From: Octopus vulgaris
Lineage: Eukaryota
NCBI GenBank assembly: GCA_951406725.2
Contig: OX597822.1
Location: forward strand, 84,382,001 to 84,446,000
Direction of reading: 5' to 3'
DNA length: 64,000 bases
Each line of letters starts with the position of its first letter. Position 1 is the stretch's first letter. Made by a program: the position numbers and the translations under genes. Below, in pieces: positions 48,308 to 63,176 of the stretch. A model generated the notes under the pieces. That model searched no databases and was not told the origin of the DNA. It worked only from the letters and a program-made list of their open reading frames with translations.

Positions 48308-50457
48308 CCTGTCTATAATATGTGATAATATGTATATATATATATATATCGTGTATATGTATGGGTGTGTGTGTGTGTGATTATCATTTAACGTCTGCTT
48401 TCTGTGCTGGCATGGGTCGGATGGTTTATCAGGATGCAGTGAGCTGCAGGGCTGCATCAAGCTCCAATGTCTGCTTTGGTATCCAGCTTCTATGGCTGGA
48501 TGCCAATCATTTTACCAACTATTTTGCTGTGTATACTGGGTACTTTTATGCCTGTGTCACCAACACAAGCAGGGACAACAAAAAGGAAGATGTTCCCACA
48601 ACAACGTGTGGGGGGGTATGATAAAGGAACAAACCCAGGTGTATTGCTATAAAGGAGATGCATGGCTACCCTGCATTATGAGGGTGGGTAGGAATGGTTG
48701 GAAAGAAGATAAAAGATGGTTGTAACTAGATGCCAAAGCATCTCAAAAGTACAAGGTCGTGTAAGAGATACGTGTGTGTGTGTGTGTGTGTGTGTAACTC
48801 AGTCTCAGGAAAAAGAGCAGAGCAGGCCACAACCTTTACTCAGGGACTCTGAGACTGACAAGAGGACAGGGGCCAAATGAAATACTACAACTTCCAGGTT
48901 ATCTTCTGACCTGTTGCAAAAGAGTGACTTCCTCTCTTGACCCCCAAGGATCAGATAGGGGTGTTTAACAGAATGGCAGATTATATTTATCCCCCAGGAC
49001 AGTTATCATCCCATGTGAAGGTGCATGGCTTAGTGGTCAGGGTATTTGGCTCACGATCGATCGTAAGGTCGTGAGTTCAATTCCTGGCAGCATATTGAGT
49101 CCTTGAGCAAGACACTTTATTTCACATTGGTGTGGGCGTAGCTGTGTGGTAAGAAGCTTGCTTCCTAACCACATAGTTCCAAGTTCAGTTCCACTGCGTG
49201 GCACCTTGGGCTCACCAAAGCCTTGTGAGTGAATTTGGTAGACAAAAACTGAAAGAGGCCTGTTGTATATATATATTTGGGTATGTGTCTGTGTTTGTCC
49301 CCCGACCATCGCTTGAGAACCGATGTTGGTGTGTTTACGTCGCCATAACTTAGCCATTCAGCAGAAAAGACCAATAGAATAAGTACTAGGCTTACAAAGA
49401 ATAAGTCCTGGGGTTGATTTGTTTGACTAAAGGCAGTGCTCCAGCATGGCCGCAGTCAAATGACTGAAATGAGTAAAAGAATAAAAGAATTGCTCCTTTC
49501 CTCTCAGCTGCCAAAAATGAGTCATACCTGTAATTCAAAAAGGGGCCAGCCTTGTCACATTCTGTGTCACACTGAAACTCCATGACAACTACATTAAGGG
49601 TACATGTGTCTGTGAAGTACTCAGCCACTTGCATGTTAATGTCATGAGCTGGCTGTTCCATTGATTGGGTCAGCTGGGACATTTATTGTCATAACTAACA
49701 GAATGCCTGTTACCATCCCATGGACTTTTGCTTAGTTTCCTTTGACAAGACCTTCGGTTTTCCTGAAGCTTTGGCAGGAGTTGTTTGCCTAAAGCACTGT
49801 GCTGTTGGTGGGACTAAATCTGGAATCATGGGATTGCAAAATGAACTTCTTAACCTCAGAGTGGAAAGGTGGCTTGAATTCATTTACAAAGCTGTGACCA
49901 TGCTGGGGCACCACACTGAATGGTTTATTCAAACAAATCAACACCAGTGCTTACAATTTTTTAAAAATCTGGTACTTATTCTATTGTCAGTTTTGCTGAG
50001 CTGCTAAGTTATAGGGACATAAACAAAGCAACACTGATTGTCAAGCGATGGTGTGGACAAACAGAAAGACACAAAGAACTCCCTGCTCACTCCCTCTGTC
50101 CAATCCTTTTACATTCCATTCCACTTACATTCACCTCCTTATACCTTAAGGGTATGCCCTGGCACATCAACACCATCTTCTCTCTCTCTCACTGGGGTAG
50201 TCATGTATCTCCTCTACAGCAAGACACCTGTTTTCTGTCCCTCTATCATAGTTTAACCTCTCATCACCTGGCAATTTTTCATTGCTCTTTATCAAAGCTG
50301 TAAAATAGAAATTAAACAATTAATCTTTATATGTTATGTATGAAAATAAAGACTAAACAATTCAACAATGATTGGACAACAAGTTCTATCAAACTAATGA
50401 TATAACATGGAGATACAAGTTGCCAAAATTCATCAGTGAAATTCAGAAAAAAACTTT

Positions 50458-52079
50458 TGCAGAAACTGAGGACAGATAAGTGGTTGATAAGAGCTGTACA
50501 AGCCCTGTACAGGGATGTTGTCAGTAAGGTGAGAGTTGGCAACGAGTATAGTGAAGAATTCCAGGTAGAAGAAGGGGTTTACCAAGGATCAGTCCTCACC
50601 CCACTCTTATTCATTATAGTCCTCCAGGCAATAACAGAGGAATTCAAGACAGGCTGCATCTGGGAGATCCTCTCTGCTGATGACCTTACTCTAATAACTG
50701 AGTCACTGCCAGAGCTAGAGACAAAGTTTAGGGTGTGGAAGCAAGGTCTAGAATCGAAGGGCCTTAGGGTCAACCTAGCAAAAACCAAAGTCTTAAGTAG
50801 GAAGGCTGACAAATTACAAACCCCTTCAGGTAGATGACCCTACTTGATCTGTAGAAAAGGCATGGGTAGAAACTCCATACAATGTACCTGGTGTAAGTAT
50901 GGACACATAAAAGGTGCGGCAATATCAAAGGAAGGTTAACTGGGAAGATAGTTTTTGTGTGGCAGATGCTCAGGTGCAATAAACACTGAAGATGTACAGA
51001 AAACAGATTCCATCACATGCCAGTGGGGAAAACTAGCAGTAGATGATAGCTTCCACTACTTAGGTGACCAAGTGTGTAGTGGGTGTTGTTCTGAGAGTGT
51101 AGAGGCTAGAATAAAAATATCCTGGACGAAGTTCAGAGAGCTCCTACCTCTGCTGGCAACTAAGGGCCTCTCACTCAAGATGAAAGGTAGACTATATGAT
51201 GCAATTGTGCGAACTGTTATGCTACACAGCAGTGAAACATGGGCCATGACTACTGAGGACATGCGTAGGCTAGAAAGAAATGAAGCTAGTATGATTGCTG
51301 GATGTGTAATGTCAGTGTGCATATACAACAGAGCGTGAGCACCCTGAGAGAAAAGTTAGACATAAGAAGCATCAAATGTGGTGTACAAGAGAGACAACTG
51401 CACAGGTATGGTCATGTGTTATGTATGGATGAGGACAGCTGTGTGAGAAAGTGCCACACCCTAACTGTGGAAGGAACCTATGGAAGAGGTAGACCCAGGA
51501 AGACATGGGATGAGGTGGTGAAGCATGGCCTTTGAACATTGGGCCTCACAGAGGCAATGATGGGAGGCTGAGACCTTTGGAGATATGCTGTGATTGTGAA
51601 GACCCAGCAACTAAAGTGAGATCGCAGCAATGGCCAATGCCAATGTTGCATGTCCCAAACATTGAAGAGTGCCCCTGCTGTGTTGGGTGATATATGTTTG
51701 AGAAGACCTATTGAGTCAAGTAAAACCAAAATTGTAGCTGTGACCAGTGCCCCCTGACTGGCTCCCATTCTAGTGGCACATAAAATGCATCATCCAAACA
51801 TGGTCGATGTCAATGTCCCCTAACTGGATCCTGTGCCCATGGCACATGAAAGGCACCATCTGAACATGGTCAAAACCAGGTCCACTTGACTAGCTTCCAT
51901 GCTGGTGGCATATAAAAAGCACCCGCTACACTCTTGGAGTGGTTGGTGTTAGGAAAGGCATCCAGCTGTAGAAACATTGCCAGATCGGATTGGAACCTGG
52001 TGCAGCCACTGGCTTTCTAGACCTCAGTCAAACCATCCAACTCATGCCAGCACGGAAAACGGACATTAAGCAATGATGA
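50458..52079 (+). mobile_element. 5'-truncated decayed RTE LINE, same family as 8195-10172
   Basis: GVYQGSVLTPLLF, ILSADDL, GLRVNLAKTKV, GRGRPRKTWDE; family C 3' UTR and (GAT)n. Confidence 0.9.
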
Positions 52080-54786
52080 TATATATATACACACACACAC
52101 AATTTTACCATCTACTAAATCCATTTACACTATATTAGTCAACTTGCCCAAGATATTGCTATACAGTGGGATTGAACCTAAAACCGCATTGTTGCAAATC
52201 AATCTTCTTACCCACATAACCATGCCTCCCACTAAATTATATAAATCTTAAAACCTTCATTGTTTCAATATGTTTTGTGGTTGTCTTTGATTTTGATCTT
52301 TGGTCAAAATTGCTTCCACCCATGCCACTCAAAGGTGATTCATGGTGTTCAAAATTTTGATTGTCTTTGATTTCACCCCATAGAGTGAGACTAAAAAGAA
52401 TATCATGACAAGTAAAATAATATAAATTATTATTACACCACCACCACCTCTATAACCACCTCCACCTCCATCACCACCTACACCACCATGTCAGACACAC
52501 AACTGTGAATTAGTGACACGTGCTACTCTTCTGAATCAAGTTCTCCAAAAAAATTCAAACCAAGCCTGCGATCGGATTTCAATTTTTGTTTCAACCAATC
52601 CTACTTCAATTATGTGATTAATGTCCTTGGGAAAAAATTACTCTCCCAGTTTTCCACTTCCCTGCAAAACTCAGTACCAGACACTGTGTGTGTGTGTGTG
52701 TGTGTGTGTGATTCTGTCTTAATTCTCAGTGTGAACTGATTTAATTCTGAAAGGCATGAATGCCATGGTTTCCTAGTTTTTATCATGTGGTTAACACCAT
52801 GTAAAAAGCACCCATGCCAGCGCTATATAAAAAGCTCCTGTGCTGGTGCCACATGAAAAGCATCCAGTTCCACTTTTTAAAGTGGTTTGTGTTAGGCAAA
52901 ATAGACAGTTGGAGTCTGGCATAGCTTTCTAGCTTACCAGCTCTTTGTCAAACGATCCAACTCATGCCAGCATGGAAAATGGATGTTAAATGGTGATGTT
53001 GATGATGATGGGAAGAAATGACTGAGTGTATATAAAATAAGATTCTCAATTCTTGAGTCAAGAGTTCTAATTCCTTGAAAAACTTTGTTGCGTTTCTGAG
53101 GAGGTAACATAATTGCTGCCTATCTCCACTTCATCTTAGTGCAATGAAGAAATATTTTTGTTCATTGACAAAAGAACCAAAATATGTGTGAAGTCCAAAT
53201 ACAAAAAAAAATAGTTTTCTATCATTAACAAAATATGCTCTTGTTTTGATGAATGGCAGAAAAGAGATATTTACCCCAAGTGAATCCACTTGTGCGTGTC
53301 CTTGAGAGATGTGTGTGTTAGCAATGATAGTGGGTTGTTGAAGTCGTCAAATTTCATAGATGTGTGAGTAGCATAAGTTCCTGCAACAAGTTGGCTTCAG
53401 CTGTTTCACAGTCACTGCTTAGTTACCAGGCAAATGGTGTCTATATTCCTAATTGTCTGTTAAAGAAAAGGCTCTAAAGACAAAATTTTTAATGACATTC
53501 CAATATACTATTTACGACAATTGGGATTCTAATGAGTTAAGCGTCTGCTGGATCTATTGTGTTTTCATGGCCTGTGCAGCCTTGGATAAAAACAAGTTTT
53601 TAATGTGTCTACAGAGTCTTGAATGGCTAGCTGCCTTCTGACGTATCCATCCCTGATAAAATCTTGTTTGAGGATTTAAACTTGCTTTCATGTCTAAACT
53701 CATTGATCCAGGTTCAATTCATAGGCAAGGAGTTGATGTCTAGTTCTCTTCCAATATTCCTGGCAAATACCGTGCTTGTGTTGACCTGTCAAGCCAAGTG
53801 AGACTGTAGTAGTGATCAATGCTGGTGTCAGGTCAATGGCACGTAACAAGTACCCACTACACTCTTGGAGTGGTTGGTGTCAGAAAGGGCATCGAGCCAT
53901 AGAAACCTTGCCCAATCTGATTGGAACCTGGTGCAGCCCCCTGGCTTACCAGTTTTCAGTCAAACCATCCAGCCCATGGAAAGTGGATGTTAAACAATGA
54001 TGATGAGGAAGGGGAGGAATAGACAGGTAACTTTACATACTTATTTGAAAGCAGTCTATTATTTCTCCTGCTTTTGGTGCATGGTGTAGAGCTACAAGTG
54101 AAACTGTCAATAAACTAAGTTTGCAACTCTTTTCATTCACATCCTGCTAACAAAACAGACACAAACATCATCTCATTGCTTTCCCTTTATAAATTTAAGA
54201 CCCTAAACTTAACTAAGAAATTACCACGAGCACCTAGTCCTTAAAATGTCAGGTATTCACAGCCCCTTTATCAGCCAAACAATGCTGCCAGTATCATATC
54301 CACCTTTCGTTTCTATTAGCAGCTTGTAAGTGGTAAGTGGTAGAGTGAGCAAAAGTTTCTGGATGCTCTGAATATCGTCAAAGAAGCATTGCATTAGTTT
54401 TTAATACAGGACTAGGTTTCTTTTACATTTGGCAATTATGCACAATTATTGCAAACCTTTTAAGCATATCTAGCATTTAGAAATGATATACATACTTGAC
54501 AGTATCCTAAGTGTAATATATTTAAGAGTGACAAGTAATAGACAGGCCAGGCTGGTAATGTCAGCAGCTTGGTTTATATGTCGGGGATCCAGAAATGATA
54601 TCCAGACTTGGTAGTATCATCAGCCTTGTGTGTCTGCGATTCATGAGTAATACACAGGCCAGGTCTAACAGTGTCACCAGCTTTGTATATCTGAGATCCA
54701 AAACTAGCATACAGGTTTCGTAGTAGAAATAATATATTTCTAAATCTCTCAGAGAGATTTATGCAGTAGCAGCATGATAAAGTGAT

Positions 54787-54933
54787 AGCATGCTGTCAGC
54801 TTAATGTGACAATACCATAAAAGGGAAGATTACTGCTGTTATTTAGCCCTAGGAAACACTGTTTCCTGTTGGACTAAATAATAGTAGCATTCTTCCCTTT
54901 TATGGGACTGTCACATTAAGTTGACAACATGCT
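54787..54933. repeat. Imperfect fold-back hairpin, about 70-bp arms
   Basis: AGCATGCTGTCAGCTTAATGTGACA..CCATAAAAGGGAAGA / TCTTCCCTTTTATGG..TGTCACATTAAGTTGACAACATGCT. Confidence 0.85.
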
Positions 54934-55167
54934 CTCAGGTTTGGTAGTGTCACCATCCTTCTGGTATTCTTTTATTTGTTTCATTCATTTGACTGCAGCC
55001 ATGCTGGAGCACTATCTTTAGTCAAACAAATCAATCCCAGGACTTATTCTTTGTAAGCCTAGTACTCATTCTCGCGGTCTCTTTTGCTGAACCACTAAAT
55101 TGCAGGGATGTAAGCACACCAACATTAGTTGTCAAGAGATGGTAGGGGGACAAACACAGACACACAA

Positions 55168-55204
<37 letters not shown>

Positions 55205-56947
55205 CGATAGGCTTCTTTTAGTTTCCTCCTATCAGATCCATTCACAAGGCTTTGGTTGGTCCGAGGCTATAGTAGAAGACACATGTACAAGGTGCCACGC
55301 AATGAGACTGAACCTGGAACCATGTGGTTGGGATGCAAACTTCTTACCACATAGCCACTCCTGAGATTCATAAATAATAAATACAGAGGCCAGTTGTGGT
55401 AGCATCATGACCCAGCTATGATGCCTCTCATTTACTTGACAATTTATGCACCACATTGCAGAAATCACAATCTAAGTATATCTCAAAGCAAACTTTTACA
55501 CTGTTGTACCATTGAACTACAAATAATGTTCATCTTTTATGCTCGGGTGACCCTATAGCTTCCATGAGTACAACTGTATTCGTCTTTGCTTAGATAAAAT
55601 GACTAAATTGTGGGTGCTAAGTCCTCATGAAGGGGTCTTTCTAACTTGTAAGATGAAATTTTAGAAATATTACTTCATTTGTGTCTAATATCTATGGTTT
55701 AAATTTCATCAACAGCAAAAATATATGAAGTTTCATGGGGGTTATGGCCCTTATGCATAGAATATAATTTCCAAATTTCATAAAGATCCATTCAGTACTT
55801 TTGACCTAGTACTAAAATGACTAAAATTTGGGAGTTAAGCCCCACCCCTCCATTAGGGGGTCTTGGAATCCTCATGAGAAGTGGAGAGTTTGAGAATACT
55901 TCTTGAGGTGTGTCAATTACCTATGGTTGAAATTTCATCAACATCGAAAATTTATGAATTTTCATGGGGGTTCTACCCCCTTTAAGCCATCTGAAATTCA
56001 AACCAAACATATTGCATTATACCCGCCCTTATGCATTGAATCTAAGTTCCAAATATCATAAGGATCCATTCAGTACTTTTGGTCCATAAAATTGTATGAA
56101 ACATACAGCATTACTCTTCTCCCTAGGCTTGGATTTTGTGTTCCAAAGTTCATTAGGATTGGTGCAGTAGTTTTCGAATGTATAAGTAACACACGAAAAC
56201 ATATAAAGACATTGACTTTTGTATAACAGATATGAATATGCACATATACATACATGTGTATGTGTGTATTATATATATATATATACATACACACACACAC
56301 AGACACACTAAGTTAGATTAATAGATACAACTGAGTGGGCAAACAAAAATACGAGACACTGCCTAGTGCTTTTTTTTATTTTGATAAGCCGGGTACTTAG
56401 TCTATCAGTTTCTTCTTGTCAAACCAGTAAGTTATGGGGATATAAATAAAGGAACAGCAGTTGTGAAGCAGTGATGAGGGAGAAACACAGAGACAAAGAC
56501 ACACACATAGACTTACATATATACATACATATATATATATATACGATTGATTTCTTTCATTTTCTGTCTATGAAATCCACTCACAAGGCTTTGGTTGGTC
56601 TGAGGCTATAGCAAAAGACACATGCCAAGTCACCACACAGAGGGACTGAACCCAGGACCATGTGTTTTGGAACCAAGTTTCTTACCACACAACCACACCT
56701 GCACCTATGTATGTGTGTGTGGGGGGGTGTATATATGTATGAATGTATATATGTGTATATATGTGTGTACATATTACATACACATCTATATATATATATA
56801 TATATATACATCTACACATCTATATCTATATATATATACATCTATACATATACATCTATATATATATATATACATGTATATATATATACATCTATATACA
56901 TGTATATATATACATCTAATAGATATACATTTGTACAGATGTATACA

Positions 56948-56989
<42 letters not shown>

Positions 56990-57315
56990 GTATTATATAT
57001 ATGTATGTATGTATATATGTGAGATAATAGTTTCACTATTAAAGCGAAACTATTAAAGTGAAAATATCTGACATCACAATAGAGAGATATTGTTTCACTT
57101 TTGACATGTAATACTGAAATAGTGGAGGAGATATGATATTGCTCTGGACTTTCACTAGGCAAGAAGCTAAAATTTTTGGCCTATGACACTACATGGACCC
57201 TAAGTAAGGAATGTGTAAAATTTGAATGAAATTGGTTGTGTAGTTCTCAAGTTTTAGAGATTCATACAGACACACAGACAGACAGACACATGTTCTCATC
57301 TTTATATATATAGAT

Positions 57316-57735
57316 TTTCAGTGAAAGAAGTTCACCGTTCAATACTCACTGGCAGTGTTTAAATTTGGCCAAAAAGTATGAAGATTTTGTCACCAATGCT
57401 GAGGTTGTTAACAGAGAGTGTGAAAAATTCAAATTAAATGAATTAACTCTAAACATGTTCAAATGTCTAATTTTTGTTCAAAGGCTAACTGCAAGCAAAG
57501 ATGCAGATATACGTTCCTGGACATTAACAAAATTAGAATGGGACCAAAAATTAACTCTATAGGCAGTAGCAGAAGAATGCCAGAGGATTAAAAATCTAAG
57601 ACATGACGCAGATGAAATAGAAGAAAAAGATTGCTCTCATATTCAGGAGTGTCAACTGGTAATGGATAAGAAAAAAGGAAAAAATGTCAAGACCAAATTC
57701 ATGTTATGGGTGTGGTGGTCTACATTTTAAAAGGC
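57316..57735 (+). mobile_element. Gypsy-type LTR retrotransposon gag fragment
   Basis: EDFVT...VVNRECEKFKLNELT..MFKCLIFVQ.L....DADIR...L.KLE, then CYGCGGLH zinc knuckle; stops and frameshifts. Confidence 0.75.
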
Positions 57736-58304
57736 TGACTCTCAAAAGTGAGATTTTGTAGTAGGATCTGACTACCTACATGTGACGAAAAGTGGACTGA
57801 TGCATAAATAGAGAACTGTCAAGTTGACAGCAGCAATTGATTGTGAGCAATTGACTGAACAGTTGACAGAGAGTGTTGAGTCTCATGTAACAGTAATCGT
57901 ATTGCATCGTATGAATACTTTCTTACCACCCCACCACACACACACTTCATTAAATTATTTATCCACACCAGGATATAAAACTATTTAAATTTAATGCTGC
58001 TTCAATTGTGTACACCAGATTTTTATTCAGCCTGGCTACTATTTGCAATACCAGTGTTTCCTATATTAGAGGTAACAAAATTTCATTCACTTATAAGGAT
58101 GGTTGTAAGTACACAACATTTAGAAGAACCAGACCAACATGCGTCTGGCATTCTGGTGAGTCATTGTTGATATGGCTTTTCATCTCCCTCTGATATGTAT
58201 ATATCCTTTAAATACAACATGTCCATAAGAGATGTCATCTCTTGCTAAATAATGCAGTAACTTGACTGTCAATGATATACATACATACACTATATACATG
58301 TATG

Positions 58305-59142
58305 TCATCATCATCATTATCACCATGGTTTAACATCTGCTTTCCATGCTGCCATGGGTTGGACTGTTTGTCTGGAAACTGGTAAGCTGGGCAGGGGTGG
58401 GGGCTACACCAGGTTCCAATCTGATTTGGCATGGTTTCTACAGCTGGATGCCCCTCCTAATGCCAACCACTCTGAGAGTGTGGTGGGTGCTTTTTACATG
58501 CTTCTGGCATGGGTGCCATTGACCTGACACCAGCATCAGCCACACCTACAGTCTCATTTGGCTTCACAGGTCAACACAAGCACAGTGTATCGCCAAGGGC
58601 CTTGGTCACCTGTCACTGCCTTCATGAGGCCCAATGCTCGAATGGTGCTTTTACATGCCACCGGCATAGGTGCCAGTCAGGCAATTTTGGCATCAGCCAC
58701 AATCAAGTCAAGTGCACCCATGTTGGTGGCATGTGAAGAAAATTTTTTGAACATTGGGCTTCATGGAGGCAAAGTGGCTGAGTTCCTTTCGAGTGTTAGA
58801 CCTCACAGAGGCAATGACTGAAACCTTTGGCATTATGTCATGCTTGAGAAGAAGACTCATCAAGCCAAGCAAAATCACAGTCATGGCAGATACCAGTGTC
58901 ACACAAATGGCACCTGTGCTGGTGGCATGTAAACACACCCCAGTGTCATGCAATTGGCACCTGTGCCAGTGGCACGTAAAAGCACCCATTATACTCTTGG
59001 AGTGGTTGGTGTTAGAAAGGGCATCCAGCCCTAGAAAACCAAACTAAATCAGACTGAAATCTGGTGCAGCCTTCCTGCGTGCAAGGTCAGTCAAACTGTC
59101 CAACCCATGTCAGCATGAACAATGGACATTAAATGATGGTGA
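58305..59142. mobile_element. Two family C RTE-tail copies back to back in opposite orientation
   Basis: Minus copy about 58305-58700 and plus copy about 58705-59142. Confidence 0.8.
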
Positions 59143-59685
59143 TTTATATATATATATATATATGTGGAGGGGCAATGGCCCAGTGGTTAGGGCAGCAAAC
59201 TTGTTGTTTCGATTCCCAGACCGAGCATCACGAGTGTTTATTGAGTGAAAACACCTAAAGCTCCACGAGGCTCCGACAGGGGTGGTGGCGATCCCTGCTG
59301 TACTCTTTCACCACAACTCTCTCTCACTCTTTCTTCTGTTGGCCAGCTTGCTTAGCCAGCAGGGTGGCGTCATTTGAACGGTAAAACAATGTGAAGTGCA
59401 TTGTGACCAGCGATGTGTAGCAACGTCTGCTAGCCTGGTCAGTCACGGTAACGGTGATATATACATATATATATATACTTTTCTACTCTTGGCACAAGAC
59501 CTGTAATTTTAGGGGAGGGGTCCAGTCGATAAGATTGACCCCAGTATGCAACTGGTACTTAATTTATCGACCCCGAAAGGATGAAAGGCAAAGTCAGCCT
59601 TGGCAGAATTTGAACTCAGAACGTAAAGACAGACAAAATACCAGTAAGCATTTCACCCGACGTGCTGACGTTTCTGCCAGCTTGT

Positions 59686-59735
<50 letters not shown>

Positions 59736-61591
59736 AAAACGGTAAGATAACAAAAGAAAGAAAGAGACCTCAATATTATGTAAATAGAGGAAATTTATCT
59801 ATACAATTGACTACCGAGTAATATAACATTTTGTATAGATATATATATATATATATATATATATGTGTATATGTATATATATGAAGTCCTATTCCATGTG
59901 TTAGGCCTAATAAAGAAAATGCCTGGTGTTGCTTCCACAGCATTAACATCATGTGACCTGAGCTGACCAATAGAAGCCTAACAGCTGTAAACCATCTTGA
60001 ATTTGTCTGGAGTCTTTCAATCTTCTCTTGGTATGTGATGAGATGGATGCATTCTGTGTGCCAACAAAACTTTGACTCTTATGCAGTTGACTCACACTTA
60101 TTAAAAACTAAGCAATTCCTACCAAGTGTGTTGAGTGCCACTTTCTTTCATTTGTCCACTCACTTTCAAAATTTTGCACAAGGCCAGCAATTTGGAGGAG
60201 GGGTAAGTTGATTGCATTGTTCCCCTCCATCCCCATCCCCCAAGTACTTATAATATCAATCCTGAAAGGATGAAAGACAAAGTCAGTGGGATTTGAACTC
60301 AGAACATAGATGGACAAAATGTCTCTAAGCATTTCACCCAACATGCTAACAATACTGTCAGTTTACCGCTTTACTTGTATTACATATATTATTAATTCAT
60401 TTATTCCCATTTGACACAGTTTCTCACACATCAGAAAATATACCATTTCCTATTCTAATAAGAGTGACCAATTCTAGGTGGCCATGAACCATGGTCCAGT
60501 ATACATAGCTGATGTAGTGTAACAATGGAGAGACACATGCGTCCTATGGTCTGGTGGCATCATTCATGGCTTGGTGTGTTAACACCTGTTTTGTCTATGA
60601 AGAAATTTCCTTCTCTTGAGAGAAGTGTATTATTGTTTTACAATTTCTGAATGTATACAAACCTGTTAAGTATGGTTGTACACAATGGTATATATATATA
60701 TATATATATCCCTCTCTCTCTTTCGGAGAGGCACTGAGCAGCTATACGTACACATACACACACGGCAGTAACTTCCACTTACCGAATTCAATCACAAAGC
60801 TTCGGTCGACTCGGGGCTATAGTGGAAGACACCTGCCCAAAGTGCCACGCAGTGGGACTGAACCCGAAACCATGTAGCTAGAAAGCAAGCCCCCTAACCA
60901 CACAGCCATTACAAAAAATGGGACAACAACTCAACAACAAAACATCCAGACAGTTGGATGATACAAAAAGGGACATGAAAAAACAAGGATGGGTCATTCA
61001 GAGTTTTCTTTTGTCAGTTGAGTTCCAGATTATCTTTGCAGTTTTGGCTTGTTATATACGAGACTGCTCCAATCTGGCCAGCCCCGAGGAAAATCTAAGC
61101 TAAGAGCATTAGATTCCTTGGAAGAAAGCAGCGGATGTATATGAAAACAAGGACAGGAAAAAAACGGAGAAATGGTGTACAAATACAAATGTAAACAACA
61201 GAAGTCTTTCGACTAAGGACGAATTAAATTAAGCTGGCGTGTGTGGAAGTGAAGCCGTACGGCAGGGACATAAGAGATGACTGGCATGGGAAGGAATATA
61301 GATGTTGCACGGATGCTAGTCGAACCAAGAAAGAAAGGTCAGGTGGAAGGAGAGAAGAGAGGTAGAGGCAGAGGGATAGAAGAATTAGGGAGGGATGAGA
61401 AAAAAAAAGAAAGAAAAGGGACAGAGTGAAGTGAAAGAGGAAGGAAGGTGAGAATGAAAGGAAGGCCAGGAAATGTGAGAGAGGGGGATCGAAAGAAAGA
61501 AGGGTGGAAAGAATGAAATAAGTGTAAAGAGGCTGAAAGAAAGAATGAAAGAATAAGAGTCATAAAAAATTTAGCAATATATATATGTATA

Positions 61592-61997
61592 GGCGCAGGA
61601 GTGGCTGTGTGGTAAGTAGCTTGCTAACCAACCACATGGTTCCGGGTTCAGTCCCACTGCGTGGCATCTTGGGCAAGTGTCTTCTGCTATAGCCCCGGGC
61701 CGACCAATGCCTTGTGAGTGGATTTGGTAGACAGAAACTGAAAGAAGCCTGTCGTATATATGTATATATATATATATATGTGTGTGTATGTGTGTGTGTC
61801 CCCCTAGCATTGCTTGACAACTGATGCTGGTGTGTTTACGTCCCTGTCACTTAGCGGTTCGGCAAAAGAGACCGATAGAATAAGTACTGGGCTTACAAAG
61901 AATAAGTTCCGGGGTCGAGTTGCTCGACTAAAGGTGGTGCTCCAGCATGGCCGCAGTCAACTGACTGAAACAAGTAAAAGAGTAAAAAAAAAAAGAG
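61592..61997 (+). mobile_element. SINE family A, full-length young copy
   Basis: A and B boxes, internal microsatellite, GTAAAAGA tail. Confidence 0.9.
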
Positions 61998-63176
61998 TAT
62001 GTATATGTACTTACAGGAGGAAGTGGGTGGTGTGTGCATATATAGGAGGGCATCCATGTTGAGAGATGCGCATGGTGGAAGATGTGTCTCTAGTGTGGGG
62101 TGCAGATGGTTTTTTGGGGTGTGTGGAGGTGTTCAAGTGTGGGATACAGGGTGTGGTGGAGGGTGGTGTGGCAGTGCGAATGTAATGTCAGAGGAAGGTG
62201 TAGGGGAGATGAAAGGGACGGTAGGAAAAACAGTTATAGTTGGTGAGTAAAAAAAGATAAAAATATCAAAAATAAGAGGTACAAAGTCAGAAGAATGAAT
62301 AAATAAAGTGATTGAAAAGAAGGTGGAGAGAAAATGCAGTGACATGTAAAAGAACATGTGTAAAGGGAAGGAAGTTAGACAGATGGAGAGAACTTCAGTT
62401 GCGAAGGTGAAAGTTATAAGAAAAGAAGAGGAATCCGAGGGTGGCAGAGAGTGATTGAAATGAGTTTAAAGACATGTGAGTAAAATAACGACTCTCCAGT
62501 CATGAACTGGTTGTGAAGAAATTAATTTTTTTCTTTGCACCCAGCTGTAGAAGGCATACCCTAGAGTACAGTTAAAATTGTATCTAATGACATATTATAT
62601 ATATGCTAAGTGCTCAGGTTGGTTTATCACTAAAACTCTAACTTAAACTGTAAATGAAACAAAAGTGATTGTTGTAGTTGCCTAGCAACGAATGGCTTTA
62701 AGTGGTTCTTCGTTAAGTGGGAGGAAGATACATTTTAAAAAGAAAGAAAGAGCAGACAAAACATGTGGCATCACTTTGCAGCACAGAATTTATTATTCAA
62801 ACACAACTGCACAGTTGCTAGGGATTAAGACGTTGTGCATAAAGTACCATTCTCTATCAAAGATAGGTCCTCTGCCTTGATGCAATTTTTTTGAACCAGC
62901 CGATCTAGGTCAGCATGGATATTCTTTCTTACTCTAGGCACAAGGCCCGAAATTTTGGGGGAGGGGGCCAGTTGATTAGATCAACCCCAGTATGCAAATG
63001 GCACTTAATTTATCGACCTCCAAAAGGATGAAAGGCAAAGTCGACCTTGGCAGAATTCAAACTCAGAATGTAAAGACAAACAAAATACTGCTTAGCAATT
63101 TGCCCAGCATGCTAACATTTCTGCCAACTTGCCATCAGCAAGGGTATTGCATTTAAAATGATGATACATGCATATA

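Noticed and set aside
60905-61560. Possible Penelope-like terminal region on the minus strand
   Set aside because: Looks repeat-derived, but neither a protein motif nor an intact ribozyme core could be read
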